In this document: piece by piece, positions 19,393 to 29,264 of the stretch
Numbering within the stretch: the first letter of the stretch is position 1
How the letters are laid out: the number at the start of each line of letters is the position of its first letter
DNA from: an uncultured Verrucomicrobiae bacterium
GTDB taxonomy: Bacteria; Verrucomicrobiota; Verrucomicrobiia; Chthoniobacterales; UBA10450
Reading direction: 5' to 3'
NCBI GenBank assembly: GCA_963772365.1
Contig: CAVYXA010000001.1
Span: forward strand, 1,216,001 to 1,280,000
DNA length: 64,000 nt
Translations under genes and position numbers: made by a program
The notes under the pieces: model-generated
The model's input: the letters and a program-made list of their open reading frames with translations, nothing else
Told to the model about the DNA's origin: nothing
Databases searched by the model: none

Positions 19393-20949
19393 TCATTTTA
19401 GATCCGCGAACAGCTTCGGCTGGCCGTCCTGATCGGCGAGCGCTTTGGCCCGGTTCTCTCGTTTTTCCATGATGAATTTGTCGAGGGCGGGATCGACCGG
19501 CAGCGGATAATTACCTGTAAAACAGGCGAGACAGAATTGGTTTATCGGTTTGCCGGTCGCGCGCACCATTCCTTCGACATCGAGATAGCCGAGACTGTCC
19601 ACACCAAGATACTTGCAGATTTCGTCGATCGACATTTGGTTGGCGATCAATTTTTCCGGATCGGGAAAATCGATCCCGTAATGACAGGCAAAGCGATGCG
19701 GCGGACAGCTCACGCGCATGTGCACTTCCTTCGCGCCGGCTTCGCGCAGGTTCACGACTCGCGCCCGCGCAGTGGTTCCGCGGACGATGGAATCATCGAC
19801 AACCACGACCCGTTTTCCGGCGACCATTTCCTTGACCAGGTTCAATTTCACTCGCACATCGAAATCGCGAATGAGCTGGCTCGGCTGCAAGAACGTTCGG
19901 CCGATGTAATGATTGCGCACAAAAGCGTGCTGATAGGGAATCTTCAGTTCCTGCGCAAAACCGAGCGCGGCATAATTTCCGGAGTCGGGCACTGGAACAA
20001 CGATGTCTGCTTTCGCTGGGAATTTTCTGGCCAGCTCGCGCCCCATTTCCGTGCGCACTTTGCCGACATTCACGCCGCCGATGATGCTGTCTGGCCGCGA
20101 AAAATAAACGTATTCGAACATGCAAAATGCCGGCTGCTGCGGCTGAAACGGAAACTCGGAGCGCAATCCTTTTTCATCGATGATGAGCACTTCGCCGGGC
20201 GCGATCTCGCGGATGAACTCGGCGTGGATCAGATCAAACGCGCAAGTTTCTGAAGCGAGGATATATGCATCATCGAGCCGGCCAAGGGAGAGCGGCCGCC
20301 AGCCAAATGGATCGCGCACCGCGATCAATTCTCGTTCGCTCATGATGATCAGCGAAAATGCGCCTTCGATTCGGCGCAACGCCGCCAGAACGCTGGAACC
20401 GTTATCCGCCGGACGCGCTAACAAATGCAGAATGATTTCGCTATCCGCCGTCGTTTGGAAAATCGAGCCTTTGCGCTCCAATTCATCTCGCAAAGCATCG
20501 GCATTTGTCAGGTTGCCATTGTGGGCGATCGCGATCTGGCCGCGCACGCAATCGACCACGAACGGTTGCGCGTTTTTGATCGTGCTGGTGCCGGTGGTTG
20601 AATACCGCGTGTGTCCGACCGCGCGCGTACCCTTGAGTTTCTCCAGTTCTTCCTGCCCGAAGACCTGCGACACGAGTCCCATTCCTTTTGCCTGCAAAAA
20701 GGTCTGATCGGGTCCGCTCGTTGTGACGATCCCGGCGCTTTCCTGCCCGCGATGTTGCAGGGCGAAAAGTCCATAATAGGTCAGCACTGCAGCGTTTGGA
20801 TGCCCGAACACGCCGAACAATCCGCATTCGTGCTGCGGATAGGATTCACGCTCGGTCGGCTCGGGGATGTCGATCTTCACTCGCGATAGGTTTTCGGAGT
20901 CGTCTGGAGGGATCACACTCAATAATCCACTAAAACAAGGCGCGTTCAA
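19393..20949 (-). CDS. purF: amidophosphoribosyltransferase (true start probably about 20880)
   Basis: ECGLFG, LQHRGQE, HTRYST, AHNGNL, VDDSIVRGTT. Confidence 0.97.
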   Translation of the reverse strand: MNAPCFSGLLSVIPPDDSENLSRVKIDIPEPTERESYPQHECGLFGVFGHPNAAVLTYYGLFALQHRGQESAGIVTTSGPDQTFLQAKGMGLVSQVFGQEELEKLKGTRAVGHTRYSTTGTSTIKNAQPFVVDCVRGQIAIAHNGNLTNADALRDELERKGSIFQTTADSEIILHLLARPADNGSSVLAALRRIEGAFSLIIMSERELIAVRDPFGWRPLSLGRLDDAYILASETCAFDLIHAEFIREIAPGEVLIIDEKGLRSEFPFQPQQPAFCMFEYVYFSRPDSIIGGVNVGKVRTEMGRELARKFPAKADIVVPVPDSGNYAALGFAQELKIPYQHAFVRNHYIGRTFLQPSQLIRDFDVRVKLNLVKEMVAGKRVVVVDDSIVRGTTARARVVNLREAGAKEVHMRVSCPPHRFACHYGIDFPDPEKLIANQMSIDEICKYLGVDSLGYLDVEGMVRATGKPINQFCLACFTGNYPLPVDPALDKFIMEKRENRAKALADQDGQPKLFADLK

Positions 20950-20976
20950 TGTCGCGATTTCTATTTCGCGCCACCT

Positions 20977-21069
20977 TTCGGAGTGAGACGCGTCCTCGCG
21001 TCGCTTTTATCGCGCGGGCATTGGCTTTCGGTATCCAAAGCGGTGCGAGGACGCTCCCGCACTCCAAAA
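20977..21069. repeat. GGAG-type REP doublet downstream of RAYT1
   Basis: TTCGGAGTGAG...CGCTTTT and AAAGCGG...GCACTCCAAAA. Confidence 0.82.
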
Positions 21070-21597
21070 TCAGAAATCGTCCGGCACATTGACCTTGTCG
21101 ATCTTAAAATTCTTCACCGTGTTCCCGAAGGCTGGCGAAGTATTGTGCAGGAACCAGGCGGCCGAACACCATTTGTAATTCTCGGCGATGGCAGTCACGC
21201 CATGATGGACTGGGTTATGATGAACGTAATTCAGTCGGGCCAAATAGGAGCGTTCAAAGGTGATATGGCTATCCCAAAATTGGTACCAAACTCTTCGACC
21301 AGGGGCATTGTCCCAATGATTCAATTTTTTGGACGTCTGCATGTGCAGCTTTCCCAAAAATTTCCGGAGTGTCCCGGGCTCCTGCGGCGAAGCCGCGATA
21401 AAATGATAATGATTCGCTAGAACTGCCCAAGCACGGAGGTCCCAGCAAAATGCCGCAGCCGAGGCAAACAAAGACTCGACGAAAAAATTAAGACGCATCG
21501 GTGAGTTCAAATGCGGAAGCTTTTTGTAAGTCCCGGCCGTAACCATATAAAGCCCAGGCTCGAAAAGCCAATGCACCGGGGCATGCGGCCACTTCAT
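21070..21597 (-). CDS. REP-associated tyrosine (Y1 HUH) transposase RAYT1
   Basis: YMVTAGT, WAVLANHYH (HUH), WYQFWD, NYVHHNPV..G, YKWCS; REP doublets on both sides. Confidence 0.88.
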   Translation of the reverse strand: MKWPHAPVHWLFEPGLYMVTAGTYKKLPHLNSPMRLNFFVESLFASAAAFCWDLRAWAVLANHYHFIAASPQEPGTLRKFLGKLHMQTSKKLNHWDNAPGRRVWYQFWDSHITFERSYLARLNYVHHNPVHHGVTAIAENYKWCSAAWFLHNTSPAFGNTVKNFKIDKVNVPDDF

Positions 21598-21639
21598 GCC
21601 GTAGTGAATGTCGAAAATTTGATCAACTGGCAACGTCTT

Positions 21640-21699
21640 TTTGGAGTGCGCGGACATGTCCGCGCTTTCAAAGCGGCGACATGTCGCCGCACTCCAAAA
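21640..21699. repeat. GGAG-type REP doublet upstream of RAYT1
   Basis: TTTGGAGTGCGCGGACATGTCCGCGCTTTCAAAGCGGCGACATGTCGCCGCACTCCAAA. Confidence 0.9.
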
Positions 21700-24066
21700 T
21701 CACAAGCTCGGGATGCGTTCACCAGCGGAATCGGATTCCACTGCGCGCCGGATCGCGTTCCACCAATCATCGTAAAGATCCCTAATGGACCAGCGAAGGT
21801 CCTCATCGTTCACTTTGATTCGCAATTCGTCGCCGCCGATTTTTCCAAGCTGTTCGAAAGGAACATCAAGGTCGCGGAGAATCGACATCGCCCTTTCCGC
21901 ATTGTTCGGAGCGACAGAAATGATGATGCGCGACTGCGATTCGTTAAACAATGCAACCGGAGCTGGTTGGTTTGTTTTTAGATCGACATCCGCGCCCAAC
22001 AGCTTTTCGGGATTGAAACAACATTCGGCCAGAGTGACGGCCAAGCCGCCTTCACTGCAATCATGCGCGCTTTTAGCGAGACCGGCGCGAATCAACTCGC
22101 ACACCGCATTTTGTATTTTAATTTCGTGGCCAAGATCGACGTGCGGTGGCGGGCCGATCTTGAGACCGTGACAAGTTTTCAGATAACGCGAGCCGCCGAG
22201 CAAAGACACTTCATCTCGACGGTCATAGACCGCCGCTATAGCGCCGATGAGAAGAATCACGTCGCCTTCGTTTTTGAACCATTGCGTCGTTATGTGTTTT
22301 TCGTCGTCGATCAAGCCGACCATCCCAATCGTCGGAGTAGGATCGACAACGCCAGCCGGACTCTCGTTATATAAGGAAACATTTCCGCCGGTGACCGGTG
22401 TTCCGAAAACGCGGCACGCTTCGCCGATTCCTTCAACCGCTTCACGCAACTGCCAGAAATTCGCCGGTTTGTAGGGATTGCCAAAATTCAAATTATCGGT
22501 CACGGCGAGCGGACGCGCGCCCGAGCATGTGAGATTTCGCGCTGCTTCGGCCACGGCAATTTTTGCTCCCTCGCGGGGATCGAGCGCGCAGTAGAGCGAA
22601 TTGCAGTCCGTCGTCGCAGCCAAAATCTTATTCGCATAACGAACGAAAAATACCGCTGCGTCCGAACCGGGTTTTACAAAAGTTCCGGTCCGGACAGTGT
22701 GATCATATTGGCGATAGACCCAGTTCTTCGAAGCAATGGTCGGGTCGCGCAGCAATTCGCAAAGAGATTTCACCACAGAGGACGCAGGGAGCGCGGAGAT
22801 TTTCTTAATTTTCTCCGTGATCTCTGCGGTTGGTTTCCTGGCTTCTCGCGAATACAGCGGCGCTTCTTCAGCCAGCGGTTTCGCCGGAATTTCAGCAGCG
22901 ATCGATCCATTGTTGCGCACGCGCATCAGGCCGTCATCGGTCACGCGGCCGATCTCGGCCCATGGCACATCCCATTTATCGAAAATTTCGCGCAGCAGAT
23001 TTTCCTTACCGCGCCTGGCGATGATCAACATTCGCTCCTGCGATTCGCTGAGCATGATCTCATACGGCGTCATACCAGGTTCGCGTTTGGGAACTTTTGC
23101 CAAATCGATCTCGATACCGCTGCCGCCGCGACTTGCCGTTTCGCAAGTCGAACAGGTCAAGCCAGCCGCGCCCATGTCCTGAATTCCTGCGACGGCATCA
23201 CGGGCAAGAAGTTCGAGGCAGGCTTCGAGCAAAAGTTTTTCCTTAAACGGATCTCCCACCTGCACGGCCGGACGATCTTCTTTTGATTCCTCGGTCAATT
23301 CCCGCGAGGCAAATGCCGCGCCGGCAAGTCCATCGCGACCGGTCTCAGCGCCGACATAGAAGACAGGATTCCCGACGCCACGCGCAGCTCCACGAGCAAG
23401 TTGTTCGTGCCGAAGGACGCCAAGACAAAAAACATTCACTAGCGGATTGCCCTCAAAACTTTCATCAAAATAAATTTCGCCGCCGATTGTAGGAATGCCG
23501 ATGCAATTCCCGTAATGAGCGATGCCGCTCACCACGCCGGTAAACAGGCGGCGGTTGGCGGCGATACGCGATGCGCGTTCCGCCATGCGCGATGGATCTT
23601 CTGATTCCGCATCTCGCACCCCACATCCCGCACCATCGACAATTGGCCCGAACCGCAGCGAATTCAGACAAAATTCCGGCCGCGCGCCCATGGTGAAGAT
23701 GTCGCGAATGATTCCTCCGACTCCGGTCGCTGCGCCCTGAAACGGCTCGATCGCGCTGGGATGATTGTGGCTCTCAATCTTGAATGCAATCGCCCAGCCG
23801 TCGCCGATATCGACCACCCCGGCATTTTCTTCACCGGCTTTGACCAGAATATTCGGGCCGGTGGTGGGCAGTTTCTTCAATTCCTTGCGGGAGTTTTTAT
23901 AGGAACAATGCTCGCTCCACATCACGGAAAAAATTCCCAGCTCGGTGAAATTCGGTTCGCGTCCCAGAATTTTTTTGATCCGCTCATACTCGTCCGGCGT
24001 AAGTCCGTGTTGCTTCACCAGTTGCGGCGTGACGATCGGATCGGCAGTTGTATGTTTGCTGCTCAT
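21700..24066 (-). CDS. purL: phosphoribosylformylglycinamidine synthase subunit PurL
   Basis: [52 protein letters not shown]. Confidence 0.97.
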   Translation of the reverse strand: MSSKHTTADPIVTPQLVKQHGLTPDEYERIKKILGREPNFTELGIFSVMWSEHCSYKNSRKELKKLPTTGPNILVKAGEENAGVVDIGDGWAIAFKIESHNHPSAIEPFQGAATGVGGIIRDIFTMGARPEFCLNSLRFGPIVDGAGCGVRDAESEDPSRMAERASRIAANRRLFTGVVSGIAHYGNCIGIPTIGGEIYFDESFEGNPLVNVFCLGVLRHEQLARGAARGVGNPVFYVGAETGRDGLAGAAFASRELTEESKEDRPAVQVGDPFKEKLLLEACLELLARDAVAGIQDMGAAGLTCSTCETASRGGSGIEIDLAKVPKREPGMTPYEIMLSESQERMLIIARRGKENLLREIFDKWDVPWAEIGRVTDDGLMRVRNNGSIAAEIPAKPLAEEAPLYSREARKPTAEITEKIKKISALPASSVVKSLCELLRDPTIASKNWVYRQYDHTVRTGTFVKPGSDAAVFFVRYANKILAATTDCNSLYCALDPREGAKIAVAEAARNLTCSGARPLAVTDNLNFGNPYKPANFWQLREAVEGIGEACRVFGTPVTGGNVSLYNESPAGVVDPTPTIGMVGLIDDEKHITTQWFKNEGDVILLIGAIAAVYDRRDEVSLLGGSRYLKTCHGLKIGPPPHVDLGHEIKIQNAVCELIRAGLAKSAHDCSEGGLAVTLAECCFNPEKLLGADVDLKTNQPAPVALFNESQSRIIISVAPNNAERAMSILRDLDVPFEQLGKIGGDELRIKVNDEDLRWSIRDLYDDWWNAIRRAVESDSAGERIPSL

Positions 24067-24148
24067 CGACAAAGCAGGTTAACGCATCCGAAGCATCCGT
24101 CGAATACACTCATTACGAACCTTGGAAAAACAAACGAAGGGAAAACAG

Positions 24149-24496
24149 ATGAAGAAAACAATTATTGGTCTTGCTTGTGCGATCATAGCGCCATTCGCTT
24201 TTGCTCAAACGAGCACAACAACCACGCAGGAAACGTCCACAGATGCAACCGGCACGACATCGCAGACCACCACGACCTATACCACCGGCACCGTAACAAC
24301 CTACGAGCCCGGTAAGACGATCGTAGTGAAAAGCTCAGAAGGTCCCGTGAGCTTCGCCCTGGGCACTGCTGCCAACATCGTGGACGCCACGGGCAAATTG
24401 CTGACAGCGCCGTTGCGCTCGGGCCAAAAGGTCCGTGTCTATTATAGCGGCAGAGGCGATAACCGCACAGTTGAGCGCGTGATGGTGGAAGATTAG
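24149..24496 (+). CDS. secreted hypothetical protein (Thr-rich N-terminus, beta-rich C-terminus)
   Basis: MKKTIIGLACAIIAPFAFA signal peptide; SD-like AAGGG upstream. Confidence 0.75.
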   Translation: MKKTIIGLACAIIAPFAFAQTSTTTTQETSTDATGTTSQTTTTYTTGTVTTYEPGKTIVVKSSEGPVSFALGTAANIVDATGKLLTAPLRSGQKVRVYYSGRGDNRTVERVMVED

Positions 24497-24547
24497 CAAC
24501 AGAAAGCGAGCCGGTTTTTTTGCCGGTCTCGTCAGTTAACACTAAGG

Positions 24548-24577
24548 GCCGCAGATTGAACAATCTGCGGCTTTTTG
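24548..24577 (+). terminator. intrinsic terminator
   Basis: GCCGCAGATTG-AA-CAATCTGCGGC hairpin followed by TTTTT. Confidence 0.7.
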
Positions 24578-24667
24578 TTTCGTGACGCTATCATGTGGAC
24601 ATCCGAAAAAATCGACGGCTGCGAAAACTTAAGAAACATCAACAGCAACAAAAGGAAGGGAAATCTA

Positions 24668-25033
24668 ATGAAAACATTACTTGTATTACTTGCTTTCGCG
24701 CTCATGACACCGTTTGCCTTTGGCCAAACAACCAGAGCGCGCGTCCGGACCAACACAGCGAACACGGCCGGCACAGTCCCGGGGAGTTTCAATGCGAGCC
24801 ATATTATGGCGGTGAATTCCTTTGCTCCGGGTGATAGGATCGTTGTGCAGACTTCGGGCGACACGCATCCGGTGAGCATCTCGCTCAATGGGGCGGATGT
24901 CGCTTATGTCACAGCGGCCGGCCAGCAGATCAATCCGAACTCGATCCGGCCCGGATCGCATGTGCGGCTCGAGTTTACCGGCACAGGACAAAATCGAGTT
25001 CTCACTCGCATTGTGCTGGTCAGCTCATCTTAA
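24668..25033 (+). CDS. secreted hypothetical protein, paralogue of 24149-24496
   Basis: MKTLLVLLAFALMTPFAFG signal peptide; C-terminal half aligns by eye with its neighbour. Confidence 0.75.
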   Translation: MKTLLVLLAFALMTPFAFGQTTRARVRTNTANTAGTVPGSFNASHIMAVNSFAPGDRIVVQTSGDTHPVSISLNGADVAYVTAAGQQINPNSIRPGSHVRLEFTGTGQNRVLTRIVLVSSS

Positions 25034-25132
25034 GGCCGTAGAATCGAGAGAGATTAAAGCCGCAGGACTTTAAGCGGGTTCTGCGGCTTTCTTGTTGTCG
25101 ATCTTCCACCGGCGAAGCGCTAGTATCGTGTC

Positions 25133-25636
25133 ATGGATCTTGCCACGCTGGCTAATCTGGCAACTGCGGTGACTGTGATCATCGGCGTTATCTTTGGCTT
25201 GATAGAAGCGCGCCGAATCCGGCGCGAACGCGAAGAGCGAGCGGCATTGGAAGCCGTGCACGTTTTATTGACCCCGGCTTACATGGATTCGTTTCTTATC
25301 GTGCAAGCTATTCCCGACGGAGCGACTGCGCATGACATCGAATCTGATCCGCGAATTCTTCAGGCGGCACGTTCAGCCGGAATTGTAATAGAAGGCCTGG
25401 CCTTTGCAGTCTTTCAACGGATTGTTCCGTTGTCCGTGGTCGATGACCTGGCCAGCGGAAGTATTCGGGTGATGTGGCGGAAGTTGCGGCCATATGCGGA
25501 AGCCGAGCGAGCGCGAAGTTCGCAAAAAACTTTTGAATGGTTTCAATGGCTGGCCGAGCAGCTGGAAAAATATCAAATGGGAAAAACGAGCCTCGAGAAA
25601 GGCGCCCACGAAGCCTACCGGGATTGGAAACCGTGA
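25133..25636 (+). CDS. hypothetical membrane-anchored protein (DUF4760-like)
   Basis: N-terminal TM helix, then E.LA..V..., W.KL.PY...ER, FEWFQWLA pattern. Confidence 0.6.
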   Translation: MDLATLANLATAVTVIIGVIFGLIEARRIRREREERAALEAVHVLLTPAYMDSFLIVQAIPDGATAHDIESDPRILQAARSAGIVIEGLAFAVFQRIVPLSVVDDLASGSIRVMWRKLRPYAEAERARSSQKTFEWFQWLAEQLEKYQMGKTSLEKGAHEAYRDWKP

Positions 25637-25655
25637 GGCGTGTCCGGTCTCAAAT

Positions 25656-25715
25656 TGTAGGGCAACCGCTCCGGTTGCCGCCGCTTGGTCTGGCAAGCGA
25701 AGCGCTTGCCCTACA
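25656..25715. repeat. GTAG-type REP doublet downstream of RAYT2
   Basis: TGTAGGGCAACCGCTCCGGTTGCC ... GGCAAGCGAAGCGCTTGCCCTACA. Confidence 0.88.
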
Positions 25716-26202
25716 ATTTCAAATCTGGTAATTCGTAGCGATACGGCCAATCTTCTGGTCGTTTTATCAAGCTGGCTCGTACCGGGTTTTCTTCAATGTA
25801 TAGCCATTTTTCATACACCGATTCCTAGGCCCGTAGGAGGCGGTCAAAACAACCTGGTTGCCATTTCCAGGAAGCATGTAGTTCCTGTCGCATCCAGCGT
25901 TTTAATGCCGCCGCAAGATTTCCGACCCTGGCCTCGCGATCTTTTGTTGGCGCGGCCAGAATATGAAGATGATCAGGCATGACTACGGCGGCGAGCATAT
26001 TCCAGTCGCTCAGCTTCGCCGCAGCATTTTTGAATGCAATGAAAGCGCGGTCATTTCCCAGGACAGGTTTTCGATTCGCCACACAAATCGTGACGAAATA
26101 AGTCACGGATTGGTCCCAGCGTAACCAAACAGGAATCCTCGGTGGATGACCTATTGTCCTAATATTGCCAGGCGATGCGCCCGCCCTACAACACGAAACC
26201 AT
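25711..26202 (-). pseudogene. second RAYT/Y1 transposase with an internal in-frame TAG at 25825-25827 (start uncertain)
   Basis: TYFVTIC, VVMPDHLH, WQPGCFDRLLRA*, then in-frame ESVYEKWLYIEENPVRASLIKRPEDWPY, which carries the catalytic-Tyr motif. Confidence 0.8.
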
Positions 26203-26248
26203 GAATGCCGGTGCTCTTACAAATTGTAGGGCAACCGCTCCGGTTGCC
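26168..26248. repeat. GTAG-type REPs at the 5' end of RAYT2
   Basis: GGCGATGCGCCCGCCCTACA (to 26190) and TGTAGGGCAACCGCTCCGGTTGCC (26225-26248). Confidence 0.8.
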
Positions 26249-26333
26249 ATGTCTTCATCATTATTTTGGCTTCGGGTTTGGTCATTCTCCTGGGCGGTTT
26301 GCGTTTCAATTCTAAATCGCGGAAGATTTCCTG

Positions 26334-27749
26334 ATGGCTTTTGATCTCAAAGAAATCATCGCCGCGCGACTCGGCGAAAATTATCAACTGCACGAGAAGC
26401 ACGTGAATCGCACGCTCGTGCAGGCCCAGCGTGTCATCGGTTTCGATAAAGTCTATGCCCGGGCCGAGGGCGCATATCTCTACGACATGGATAATGTCGC
26501 CTATCTCGATTTCCTCAGCGGCTACAGCGTTTTCAACATCGGCCGCAATCATCCCGTGGTGAAGAAAGCGATCCGCGACGTGCTCGATCTCGATTTGCCG
26601 AACATGGTGCAAATGGATTGTTCGCTCTTGAGCGGCTTACTGGCGGAAGCGATCGTCAAACGCACACCGTCCCATCTCGATGCCGTATTCTTTTGCAACT
26701 CCGGCACCGAAGCGACGGAGGGCGCGATCAAATTTGCGCGCGCCGCTACGGGCCGGAAACGGATGATCTCATTGGCGAGCGCGTTTCACGGGTTGAGCGT
26801 CGGTTCGCTTTCGCTCATGGGCTGCCAAAGTTTTACCGAAGGTTTTGGACCGTTGATGGAAGGATTCGACGCGCGCGTGCCGCTCGATAACATCGACGAG
26901 TTAGATCGACAATTGCGTTCGCGCGATGTCGGCGGGTTCGTGATCGAGACCGTTCAGGGCAAAGGTTGCCAGACATCGAAGACCGATTTTTTCCCGCGCG
27001 CACAGGAACTTTGCCGCAAGTACGGCACACTCTTAATTTCTGATGAAGTCCAGACCGGACTTGGTCGGACCGGGAAAATGTTTGGCTTCGAACATTGGAA
27101 CTTGGAGCCGGACATCATCACGCTCGCGAAAACGTTGAGCGGCGGCTACGTCCCGTGCGGCGCGATCGTGACGAGGCGCGACATTTACCAGAAAACATTT
27201 TCGCGGATGGACCGTTGCGTTGTTCATTCAACGACGTTCGGCCGGAACAATTTAGCCATGGCCTGCGGACTGGCCGCGCTGGAAGTGATCGATCAGGAAA
27301 ACCTGGTCGAGCGCGCGGCGAAGATGGGCGCGCTGCTCATGGAGAAGATCGACAATCTGAAGTCGAAACATTCGTTCATCAAAGAAGTCCGCGGCAAAGG
27401 GTTAATGATCGGGATCGAATTTCACGAGCCGAGCGAGTTCAAGCTCAAGATGGCCTGGAAACTTTTGCACAAGATCGACAAGGTGTTGTTCGCACAGATG
27501 ATCGTGACCCAGATGTTGAGCAAATATCGGATCCTCACCCAGGTCGCCGGTCATGCCATGGACGTGATGAAAATTCTTCCACCGCTCATCATTGAGGAAA
27601 AAGAAGTGGACATATTCGTGAATGCGCTCGACGGGGTGCTTACCGAGTGCCGCAAATTCCCCGGCCCGATGTGGGAGCTGGGAAACAATTTCGTCAAAGC
27701 CGCGCTCGGCTCGAGAAAATCATCCGAGCCAAAGCCGGTTTCGGCGTAG
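26334..27749 (+). CDS. class III PLP aminotransferase, HpnO-like
   Basis: YLDFLSGY, FCNSGTEATE, DEVQTGLGRTG, AKTLSGG; N-terminus resembles HpnO as I recall it. Confidence 0.75.
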   Translation: MAFDLKEIIAARLGENYQLHEKHVNRTLVQAQRVIGFDKVYARAEGAYLYDMDNVAYLDFLSGYSVFNIGRNHPVVKKAIRDVLDLDLPNMVQMDCSLLSGLLAEAIVKRTPSHLDAVFFCNSGTEATEGAIKFARAATGRKRMISLASAFHGLSVGSLSLMGCQSFTEGFGPLMEGFDARVPLDNIDELDRQLRSRDVGGFVIETVQGKGCQTSKTDFFPRAQELCRKYGTLLISDEVQTGLGRTGKMFGFEHWNLEPDIITLAKTLSGGYVPCGAIVTRRDIYQKTFSRMDRCVVHSTTFGRNNLAMACGLAALEVIDQENLVERAAKMGALLMEKIDNLKSKHSFIKEVRGKGLMIGIEFHEPSEFKLKMAWKLLHKIDKVLFAQMIVTQMLSKYRILTQVAGHAMDVMKILPPLIIEEKEVDIFVNALDGVLTECRKFPGPMWELGNNFVKAALGSRKSSEPKPVSA

Positions 27750-27755
27750 CGCAAT

Positions 27756-27779
27756 TGTAGGGCAAGCGCTGCGCTTGCC
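27756..27779 (+). repeat. single GTAG-type REP
   Basis: TGTAGGGCAAGCGCTGCGCTTGCC. Confidence 0.75.
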
Positions 27780-28057
27780 GTGCATACCTCGGGCTGCAGC
27801 GAGTCTAGTTCACGGTGCGTTTTTCGATTGGTTTGAATAGTCGAGTTCAGTCGCGCTTCTAACTTCCCTTTTGCAGTCCCGGAAAACGCGGGACGATGTT
27901 TACGCAGGAGTCATCACGCGATGTGGGTGGCTCTAGCCTTGAAGCGTTCGGATGGTAAGCGAAGCAGCGCGATCGGCTAGTCTGCTTCGTGAGAAGCTGG
28001 AGTTTCGGTAATTTTTAGAAATTAGCGCAGGCTTGCGCTTGGTTGTCGCGCCTACGC

Positions 28058-28200
28058 ATCTAACCAGACCAAGATGAGCGACCAGTGCAAAGTAAAGCGC
28101 GCGGCACGGCGCGGACGAGAATACCGAGCGGTGGGAAGGCTCGGGATAGACGGCCAAGCCGCGCAGGTAGCCGCCGTTCGCTCCCATCTCACGGTTATGC
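28058..28200 (-). other. attC5 (degenerate)
   Basis: GCATAAC...GCTCATCTTGGTCTGGTTAGAT on the minus strand; shares AAGATGAGCGAC and CCGCCGTTCGCTC with attC1/2. Confidence 0.7.
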
Positions 28201-28319
28201 GTCTTGCGCGTCATTAACAACAGCGTCAGCTTCAAAATCAATTAGCCACTCCGGATCATGGATGGAGTCGCGTTATCATCGTCATCGCCGATATGCGAAA
28301 CGCTTTCGCTAACGTTCTC

Positions 28320-29264
28320 TCATTGCCGTAGATCTGTCGCTAGCATATTCATGCAGAAAGCTAGCTTCCACGCATCGCCATCTTTGACATAAACCGAGTT
28401 ACCGTGCACGGGCGGAACTTTTTCGCCGTAGCAGGTGCCGTCCGCCGTGCCCGTATGCATCAGCAGCCTGACGGTGGGCGAGAGCGCTGTGGCAACTCCA
28501 TCAGTCACGTCGACGCTCTTGATCTCGCAGATGGCACCGATCCAAGCTTTGATGGTGTCAGGCTTATTGCTGTAAGAGTTGCCGAAGATGTCGATAAACG
28601 AAAGGTCGGCGCTCGTTAGATCTTTGAGTTTCTGAGCGTCGTGCGCCTTCCAAGCTTCCCAAACGGATTTTTCCACGGCGACCAAAGCGTCGGTGCTTGG
28701 GTCGGTCGACGTGATCCCAGTTTCCTTGGCCGGCTGCGCAGGCGGCACCGTAGTTTTAGGCGAATCCTTGGGATCGATGATTGGGTTCTCGCCATGGAAC
28801 GCAGCCAGCCACTTGCCGCCGCCGCGAATCCAGATCGTGGCGGTCCGCGTCGGGCTCGGGATCTTCGCCGGTTTACCGTCCGCCGCCGTACACGTTCCGT
28901 CGCATGTGCTCCGATAGCTCAATACGTATGTGTCGGCGTCGATCTTTGCCATCCAAGGCTCGTCGAGGTTCCAGGTTTTAACATCACACTTGTTGCCAGC
29001 AATCATCTTCACGATGGCAGCCCTGTCCATCCGCTGCCCGCTTTGGCGCATGACGAACTTCTCGCTCAGTAAATTCTCGAAAAATTTCGCGTCACCTTTG
29101 CTGTAGGCTTCATCCGCCTGCTTTTCTAAAACCAGCAGTGTGTCGATTGTCGGTGACTGCGCGACAGAGTCAGAGGCATTACTACCGTTTTGGGCGTCCA
29201 CCCCGCTGTCCACAAAATAGGCCGAGGCTATCAACGTTAAAGTTAGCAGATTGTTCGGTTTCAT
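28320..29264 (-). CDS. cassette 5: secreted protein with two tandem NTF2-like (DUF4440/SnoaL-like) domains
   Basis: Signal peptide MKPNNLL...; two repeats LEKQADEAYSKGDAKFFENLLSEKF / VEKSVWEAWKAHDAQKLKDLTSADL, each ending in a KW/WK-L strand. Confidence 0.75.
   Translation of the reverse strand: MKPNNLLTLTLIASAYFVDSGVDAQNGSNASDSVAQSPTIDTLLVLEKQADEAYSKGDAKFFENLLSEKFVMRQSGQRMDRAAIVKMIAGNKCDVKTWNLDEPWMAKIDADTYVLSYRSTCDGTCTAADGKPAKIPSPTRTATIWIRGGGKWLAAFHGENPIIDPKDSPKTTVPPAQPAKETGITSTDPSTDALVAVEKSVWEAWKAHDAQKLKDLTSADLSFIDIFGNSYSNKPDTIKAWIGAICEIKSVDVTDGVATALSPTVRLLMHTGTADGTCYGEKVPPVHGNSVYVKDGDAWKLAFCMNMLATDLRQ

Noticed and set aside
25825..25827. Pyrrolysine or programmed readthrough in RAYT2
   Set aside because: No pyl genes or supporting signal in the window; other genes use TAG as a normal stop.
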